In this document: positions 28,165-33,770 of the stretch, one piece after another
Numbering within the stretch: position 1 is the stretch's first letter
Layout of the letters: every line of letters starts with the position of its first letter
Virus record (IMG/VR): IMGVR_UViG_2724679140_000008
Length of the DNA: 33,770 bases
Strand: one strand, 5' to 3'
Source of the DNA: a virus
Lineage: Duplodnaviria; Heunggongvirae; Uroviricota; Caudoviricetes
Notes under the pieces: generated by a model
Databases searched by the model: none
Told to the model about the DNA's origin: nothing
Seen by the model: only the letters and a program-made list of their open reading frames with translations
Position numbers and translations under genes: made by a program

Positions 28165-29680
28165 TATCCCCGGTAAAACAAGTAACAAACCACCCGAAAA
28201 TGAACACCAGAAACGCGACTTAAGAATCTACCCTATGAATGGATATGCACTCAACCGAATCGATCTTGGTTTCAATCTATTTTATCGGGATCAGGCTTCT
28301 TTTTAGGTAACTTCGGGGGCTTAACTTGCTGATGACTTTGCGTTCGGCGCGTAAGCCAGGGATGGTCAGCTTTAGATTTAACATAGTATTTTGAGCGTAA
28401 ATCAATACGGGCATTATCCACTCGTTCATGGACACTCTTTTCATCATCCAGTGGTATAGGCTCCGGGCCATCAACATACTTTTCCCAGCCCAGCGCTTTC
28501 CCGTCATACAGAACGTTAATTTCACCGTCAAAGTTCTCACATACAGTAACAACCGAATGCCTAAGTCGATATCCCCGGCCCTCACTGCGTACCTGAAACG
28601 CACTGCTTTTGTACTGGAAAGTGAGATTTTTAGACAGAACGCGCTTCGCCTGTAGGCTGAAGATATAACCCAGTTCCTCTTCAGAATGGTGCACATCAAG
28701 ATGAGCATTATCAGTAGTACGAGGCGACGTAGCGAACCGGTTGTTATAGGCTTCAATAAAGGTCGGCAACCATGCATTTGCTGTTTCAATATCACTGATA
28801 TTCTGAAGCCGCATTTCTTTGACCAGCCTGTCCTGTAGTGTCTGATTGGCGCGCTCTACCCGCCCTTTTGCCTGCGGGCTGTTGGCATGGATTGGCTCGA
28901 TGCCCAGTGTCTTTATCGCACGAGTGAACTGGGTCAGCTCACCTTCCCGCTCTGGGTTATTTACCCTGAATATACTGTGTCTATCAGAGTAGAGAGCGAG
29001 CGGTACGCCATGATCATTAAGGTAACCCCGGAGGGTTTCCATGTAAGCCCGGGTTGTTTAAGCAGGCACAAAACGCAACGCCATCAACGCACTGGTGGCA
29101 TCATCAATGAAAACGATCAGTGTACATCTGGGGCCTCGATTTTCAAACCAGTCATGAGGTGAGCCATCAATCTGGATCAGTTCACCGTAAGATGGTCGTC
29201 GCATGCGGCGTTGATATATACGGGCAATTTTACGACGGCGTTCACGCCATAACCCCTCTTCTATCATCCACTTTCTGAGAGTTTCAACGGATAAAGATAA
29301 ACCGTGTATCTCGCGCAATTTTTCGCACGCAAACGTAGGTCCAAAATCAGCGTAACGGCCTTTGAGGAGTGAAATTACTGTTGCTCTGAATTCAGTAGAA
29401 AAGGAATTATTAGGACGCTTTCCACGTCGGTGGGAAACCAGACCAGAAGGCCCTTCATTTCTATACCGTTGCACCAGACGTTTAACCTGCCGAATAGAAA
29501 TGCCAATGCGTGCCGCAGCTTGTTCCTGAGTAATATGTCGATTAATTGACTCCTGAATAATCTGAAGTCGGTGGAGTTCCTTATGACTCATCGTAACAGT
29601 CTCTTTGATCATGAAAAATCCCCCAGAGAATTGTCTGGGGACATTTTAGAATGGTTCAAAGGGGACATTACAGCTTGGTG
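28165..29680 (-). mobile_element. Insertion sequence carrying the interrupted transposase (boundaries approximate)
   Basis: A single transposase gene with short flanks; terminal inverted repeats could not be defined confidently by eye. Confidence 0.35.
28272..29612 (-). pseudogene. IS transposase (DDE integrase-core type with N-terminal HTH; IS481/ISNCY-like) interrupted by an in-frame TAA
   Basis: ORFs 29058..29612 (184 aa, HTH) and 28272..29042 (256 aa, catalytic region) are in the same frame (both low ends are multiples of 3) and separated only by a TAA at 29058-29060 plus 5 codons. Read through, they give about 446 aa. Confidence 0.8.
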
Positions 29681-30065
29681 TTAACAATAGCCTGCTTCTC
29701 CTTGCCTTCCGGCACTCGCGACAGATTATGTTTAGACGACTGTCGTAGCGACGTATTTCTCCGTCAGGTAATGACCAGATAAGGTCCGGATCAACCACAG
29801 CAGGTTTCTTCACCTTTGCCCTCGAGAGTTTTTTGCGGGCGTTTTGCCAGTCCTTACGCGCCTGTTCAGACGGGAATAACCCGTAACCAGAGCTGTATAC
29901 ATCGCCACTGGCAACCAGCTCTCTGGCCAGAACGCTCATCAGATATCTTGTTGCCCCAGTTTTAGCTTCCAGTTGTCGTAACGTCTCGCGCCCACTCTGG
30001 CGTACGAGTTCCACCACCTGCCCTTTAATTTTTTCCCGCTCTTCTTGTGTAAAAACTTTTGCCAC
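29646..30065 (-). CDS. Hypothetical early-region protein, possibly C-terminally altered by the IS insertion
   Basis: ORF-track ORF of 139 aa directly downstream of the replication gene; its last codons lie within about 35 nt of the transposase start. Confidence 0.45.
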   Translation of the reverse strand: MAKVFTQEEREKIKGQVVELVRQSGRETLRQLEAKTGATRYLMSVLARELVASGDVYSSGYGLFPSEQARKDWQNARKKLSRAKVKKPAVVDPDLIWSLPDGEIRRYDSRLNIICRECRKARRSRLLLTPSCNVPFEPF

Positions 30066-30105
30066 AAGTCCTCCTGAACATTACTTTATACCCTAAAATC
30101 AACAC

Positions 30106-31125
30106 TTATCCCCTGAAACCAGGCGGAATTTCTGTATCCGGTTCAGAAATATGATTCACACAACGCTTTACAGGTGAACGTCCCAGGCGGATGACCAGTT
30201 CGTCCCATTTTTCGCGGAGTTTTGACGGGCTCATGATGTTTTTTACCCAGAATTGATCTCGCTGTACCCGACCAAACATTTCGCAAATTTGTCTGTGGCT
30301 TCTGCCATCCAGCATCCGCATTGTGCGCACGTCATTGGCCCAGGCTGTCCAGTTAGGCTCTTTTGGTCGCATGATCTCTCCATCGTCGCTGGCAGCCTGT
30401 TCGTAAAGGTTCACGATCCGCCCCCAAATCCACTGCGCACACGCCAAATCCTCCCTGCTACCCCACTGGCGTTTTTTCGCACTAAACACAACCGCGTCGG
30501 GGTTCCGGGTTAAAAAATCCTGTTCAGCGGTCTGCGGGTCCGGTTGCGAAGCTTCCGGACGAAAAGTGTTTTTATTCTCTGTAGTAATCTCTGTTGTATT
30601 CTCTGTAAGATCATCAGGCCATTTTGACCCGATGACATTGGGTCGTTTTGAACCAATGGAGCGTTTCATTTTGACCTCTTCCATCGTGTCATTTTGACCT
30701 GATGGAGCGGCGCATTTTAAACCGATGGATTCGCTCAATTTGCCACCATCTAAAAGCTCGCTCCCGTAGTTGATCGTGTAGAAATTGGTCATATCGCGCT
30801 TTGATTTATTGAGCTTTTCACAACGCAAAAGCCCCAGCGTTTTCAGACTTGCAAACGCGCGCTTTAACGTTGACTCTGACCAGAATGGGAACTGTTCCAG
30901 CCATTGTTCCGTTGTGTTGTAAATCCAGCGAACACCATCACATTCCATGCCGGAATTGGTATCTCTCAACCAGTAATGCAACTGCTGCAACACAATGGCT
31001 TCATTTAAGCCAATCTTCATCGCAAGCTGTGTGTTTATAACCAGTGGGCGTTCAGCAAAAAGAAGGCTCATAATTCCATCCAGCTTTTTGTTGGTATTGC
31101 TGTCGATACGCAAGTTTGAAAGCAA
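30106..31125 (-). CDS. Replication initiation protein, phage O-like
   Basis: 339-aa ORF downstream of the cro-like gene, with a winged-helix-like N-terminal region (AIVLQQLHYWLRDTNS...TLKRAFASLKTLGLLR). The start codon is uncertain. Confidence 0.7.
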   Translation of the reverse strand: MLSNLRIDSNTNKKLDGIMSLLFAERPLVINTQLAMKIGLNEAIVLQQLHYWLRDTNSGMECDGVRWIYNTTEQWLEQFPFWSESTLKRAFASLKTLGLLRCEKLNKSKRDMTNFYTINYGSELLDGGKLSESIGLKCAAPSGQNDTMEEVKMKRSIGSKRPNVIGSKWPDDLTENTTEITTENKNTFRPEASQPDPQTAEQDFLTRNPDAVVFSAKKRQWGSREDLACAQWIWGRIVNLYEQAASDDGEIMRPKEPNWTAWANDVRTMRMLDGRSHRQICEMFGRVQRDQFWVKNIMSPSKLREKWDELVIRLGRSPVKRCVNHISEPDTEIPPGFRG

Positions 31126-31573
31126 TTGCTTTTTCTATAAGTTCGTCAGTTTCACGATCCACTACGGCAGGATCAGCAAAAAGCAGTCCGGACTCCACCA
31201 CATCGCCATATTCTTTGTTTAACCCGGCGATCATGTACGTGATGCTTTTTCCGTCACTAATTTCACGATACAACCTGAAATCATTAATCCGAATAGCCTC
31301 CATAATTGCAGGCACTAGCGCCGTGAACTTTTCACGCTTATCCCTGGTGTCGATAGCCTTCCAGCGTTCGAATATCTTCACTCGATTAACGCCAAGTGCT
31401 CGCTGATCAACCGCGCCACCTTCATCTGTGACACGCTGAACATCGATGTTCGGGCGCTCTTTCAAAGCCCAGAATGCTTCAGTGATTAATATCGTCGCCT
31501 GCTCCTGTGTCATTCCTGGTCGACATATCCAGGCATCCAGAGCCTCACGAGCCTGTTCAGGAGTGATTTTCAT
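31052..31573 (-). CDS. Hypothetical early-region protein
   Basis: ORF-track ORF of 173 aa between dicC and the replication gene; no recognisable motif. Confidence 0.45.
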   Translation of the reverse strand: MKITPEQAREALDAWICRPGMTQEQATILITEAFWALKERPNIDVQRVTDEGGAVDQRALGVNRVKIFERWKAIDTRDKREKFTALVPAIMEAIRINDFRLYREISDGKSITYMIAGLNKEYGDVVESGLLFADPAVVDRETDELIEKAIAFKLAYRQQYQQKAGWNYEPSFC

Positions 31574-31784
31574 TGTTCAACCGCCCCGCCCGCTTCGTCT
31601 TACGATATTCGTCATAAACCTTGGGATCATACAGAAGCTCGCCGCCAGATGCCTCCTGTAGACGCATCGCGCGACCTTCAGGAACCAGCTCTTGCCATTG
31701 AGAAACAGCAGATGGGTCAACGCCAGCAGCTTTCGCTACTTTGGCTTTCGTACCGTAAAAATTAATTACGTCTGATTTAAACAT
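31557..31784 (-). CDS. dicC: Cro-like repressor DicC
   Basis: About 75 aa from MFKSDVINFYGTKAKVAKAAGVDPSAVSQWQ... (HTH); GGAGGT RBS; divergent from dicA. The ORF track extends to 31811. Confidence 0.8.
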   Translation of the reverse strand: MFKSDVINFYGTKAKVAKAAGVDPSAVSQWQELVPEGRAMRLQEASGGELLYDPKVYDEYRKTKRAGRLNNENHS

Positions 31785-31861
31785 CGCACCTCCAATATTG
31801 AGTTTTCTCAATGCTAATCACTCAAGGAATCTCAAGTCAAGGGTTATTAAGATATCTAAAT
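31785..31861. promoter_or_regulatory. dicC/dicA divergent promoter-operator region
   Basis: 77-bp intergenic region containing the palindrome TTGAGTTTTCTCAA and related CTCAAGG/CAAGTCAAGG half-sites. Confidence 0.4.
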
Positions 31862-32269
31862 ATGAACGAGAAAACTTTAGGTCAACGCATTAGAGAAAGA
31901 CGTAAGCAGGTAGGCTTAAGTCAAAACGGTTTAAGCAAAGCTGCTGGCGTATCTGGCTCATCAATTTCATTATGGGAAAGTGACCATACAGCCCCGCGCG
32001 GGCAAAATTTGCATCGCCTCGCCGAGGTATTGCAATGTTCACCAACTTGGATACTGTTTGGCGACGAGGACAAAACACCAGCTCCCCCTGTTTCACTCGA
32101 TAGTGCCTTAGACTTATCGGAAGATGAGTTAGAGATGCTGCGTTTGTATCGCGCACTTCCTAAATCAGAGCAACAAGCACAACTCAGCGAACTCCGCGCC
32201 CGCGTTGAGAATTTTAATCGCCTGTTCACCGAGCTATTAGAGGCTCGCAAACGCAACAAGCATCAATAA
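31862..32269 (+). CDS. dicA: CI-type repressor DicA (XRE-family HTH)
   Basis: 135 aa from MNEKTLGQRIRERRKQVGLSQNGLSKAAGVSGSSISLWES...VLQCSPTWILFGDEDK..., very similar to E. coli DicA. The ORF track starts further upstream at 31811. Confidence 0.9.
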   Translation: MNEKTLGQRIRERRKQVGLSQNGLSKAAGVSGSSISLWESDHTAPRGQNLHRLAEVLQCSPTWILFGDEDKTPAPPVSLDSALDLSEDELEMLRLYRALPKSEQQAQLSELRARVENFNRLFTELLEARKRNKHQ

Positions 32270-32460
32270 TCATCCCTTCACAAAATTTTAAAGCCTTACA
32301 TTTCAATGTATTGGCTTTATCTTGCGCCAACACTTGAGTTTTCTCATCAAAAACCTTGACGAAAAATAATGAGAAAACTAAATTATCTCCATCAAGACAC
32401 CGCACGGTGTTCTCAGCAAACAGTTCCGCTACCCCGGCGTTAAGGGGAAATGAGGTCAGC

Positions 32461-32616
32461 ATGGATACTATCGATCTTGGCAACAGCGAATCTCTGGTAT
32501 GTGGCGTGTTCCCCAACCAGGACGGCACGTTCACCGCGATGACGTATACCAAAAGCAAAACGTTTAAAACCGAAAATGGTGCCCGTCGCTGGCTGGAAAG
32601 AAACTCAGGTGAGTGA
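32461..32616 (+). CDS. ydfA: YdfA-like small protein
   Basis: 51 aa, MDTIDLGNSESLVCGVFPNQDGTFTAMTYTKSKTFKTENGARRWLERNSGE. The ORF track extends upstream to 32356. Confidence 0.8.
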   Translation: MDTIDLGNSESLVCGVFPNQDGTFTAMTYTKSKTFKTENGARRWLERNSGE

Positions 32617-32617
32617 T

Positions 32618-32869
32618 ATGGATTTCGACACAATCATGGAAAAGGCTTACGAAGAATACTTCGAAGGCCTTGCCGAAGGCGAAGAAGCTCTCAGCTTCAG
32701 TGAGTTTAAACAGGCACTCAGAATAAGAATGTGCTCTCACAATGACGCGGAGCACAAATATGAGAAGCAAAATCAGACCGCAGAAAATTTTGTTCTGGAA
32801 CCCGGAGAAACGCTTTTCAAAATTCCCCGTTACGTGCCCCATTTGCGGTTTTACATCAGAAGAACTTGA
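32618..32869 (+). CDS. YdfB-like acidic small protein
   Basis: MDFDTIMEKAYEEYFEGLAEGEEALSFSEFKQALRIRMCSHNDAEHKYEKQNQTAENF...; starts 2 nt after ydfA with AGGTGAG upstream. The ORF track starts at 32576. Confidence 0.55.
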   Translation: MDFDTIMEKAYEEYFEGLAEGEEALSFSEFKQALRIRMCSHNDAEHKYEKQNQTAENFVLEPGETLFKIPRYVPHLRFYIRRT

Positions 32870-33176
32870 CGACTCCTGTAACAATCAGGAAACAACCAAG
32901 TATGTCGAAGATGATACCGAGTGCGCACGAAGAACGATTATATCCACGAGTCCAAACTCCAGGACCAATAAATCTCACTATGAGAGGGTGATTAATCCAC
33001 TCCCCCAAACCAATAAAAAAGATGCCGGAGGACAAAAAACCCAATGGAACAACGGGATATCTGTCAAAAAAAGACGTTCCATTAAAGACAAACAACGCAG
33101 CGCCAACAACTGTAAGAGCTTTATACCAGTAATCAATTTTCATGTTCTTAAGCGGATTTATTGGTGGTTGCGACAT
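32856..33176 (-). CDS. Hypothetical small membrane protein, antisense to the dicB operon
   Basis: 106-aa ORF with two or three hydrophobic segments (ALTVVGAALFVFNG..., GFLSSGIFFIGLG..., ALGIIFDILGCFLIVTGVV). Confidence 0.25.
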   Translation of the reverse strand: MSQPPINPLKNMKIDYWYKALTVVGAALFVFNGTSFFDRYPVVPLGFLSSGIFFIGLGEWINHPLIVRFIGPGVWTRGYNRSSCALGIIFDILGCFLIVTGVVKFF

Positions 33177-33453
33177 TGCTTAATGAATCCTTAAAACTGT
33201 GGTGATTTTAAGGATACCACCTCGCCTGACGTGGTTAAAAGCAGGCACACAACACGAAAGCGCACGGCGAAGTTCGTCTCACTGTACGGTGTCGTTAAAT
33301 TTAATTCGACCGTGCGCTTCCGGTTGTGGCAACCCGCAAAATGGCGCGGCGGTAAGTATGGCGGGGTTATTCCTTCCCCGTTGAGGACACCGGGTTGTCA
33401 GGTTGACCATACGCTTAAGTGACAACCCCGCTGCAACGCCCTCTGTTATCAAT

Positions 33454-33510
33454 TTTCTGGTGACGTTTGGCGGTATCAGTTTTACTCCGTGACTGCTCTG
33501 CCGCCCTTTT
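33454..33510 (+). ncRNA. dicF: DicF small RNA
   Basis: TTTCTGGTGACGTTTGGCGGTATCAGTTTTACTCCGTGACTGCTCTGCCGCCCTTTTT, identical to the E. coli DicF sequence as I recall it, ending in its own terminator hairpin and U-run. Confidence 0.88.
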
Positions 33511-33680
33511 TAAAGTGAATTTTGTGATGCGGTGAATACGGCTAAGCGCACGCGGAACAGTTAAAACCAAAAACAGTGTTATGGGTGGATTCTCTGTATC
33601 CGACGTTAATTGTTAACTGGTTAACGTCACCTGGAGGCACCAGGCACTGCATCACAAAATTCATTGTTGAGGACGCGATA

Positions 33681-33770
33681 ATGAAAACGTTATTACCAAA
33701 CGTTAATACGTCTGAAGGTTGTTTTGAAATTGGTGTCACTATCAGTAATCCTGTATTTACTGAAGATGCC
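33681..33770 (+). CDS. dicB: Cell-division inhibitor DicB, N-terminal 30 codons (gene continues past the window end)
   Basis: ATG after GAGG; MKTLLPNVNTSEGCFEIGVTISNPVFTEDA matches the DicB N-terminus. Confidence 0.88.
   Translation, partial: MKTLLPNVNTSEGCFEIGVTISNPVFTEDA

Noticed and set aside
32742-33194. Plus-strand 150-aa ORF after the ydfB-like gene
   Set aside because: Overlaps the preceding gene by over 100 nt and has a K/R/N/S-rich low-complexity composition; possibly an artefact of the AT-rich dicF precursor region. A short ydfC-like gene may still hide here.
33199-33422. Plus-strand ORFs 33199..33384 and 33231..33422 just upstream of dicF
   Set aside because: Mutually overlapping, Arg/Cys-rich; more likely the structured non-coding leader from which DicF is processed.

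Overview
This window is most of a lambdoid prophage of the Escherichia/Shigella type, closely resembling an intact relative of the E. coli K-12 Qin cryptic prophage. The structural and late genes all run on the minus strand: tail J (5' part only), I, K, L, M, tape measure H, G/G-T, V, U, Z, an FII-like connector, a DUF2190 head protein, a ClpP-protease/capsid fusion, portal, W-like protein, large and small terminase, then a cos-like region. Upstream of these lie cargo genes (gnsB-like, cspI-like), a phage-21-type lysis cassette (pinholin, ydfR-like gene, SAR endolysin, Rz with embedded Rz1), a moron island, two tRNAs flanking a tRNA-like remnant, a late promoter/terminator pair, Q, rusA, a DUF968 gene, rem, relBE with a hok remnant, flxA, an IS with a nonsense-interrupted transposase, an O-like replication gene, the dicC/dicA switch and ydfA-dicF-dicB. 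The most interesting content is the moron island in the position Stx phages use for stxAB: two tandem outer-membrane lipoproteins whose C-terminal ~80 residues closely resemble TolA domain III, with their own promoter and terminator. All calls rest on reading the ORF-track proteins and the sequence by eye; no database search was run. Coordinates of non-coding features are approximate (about +/-2 nt).
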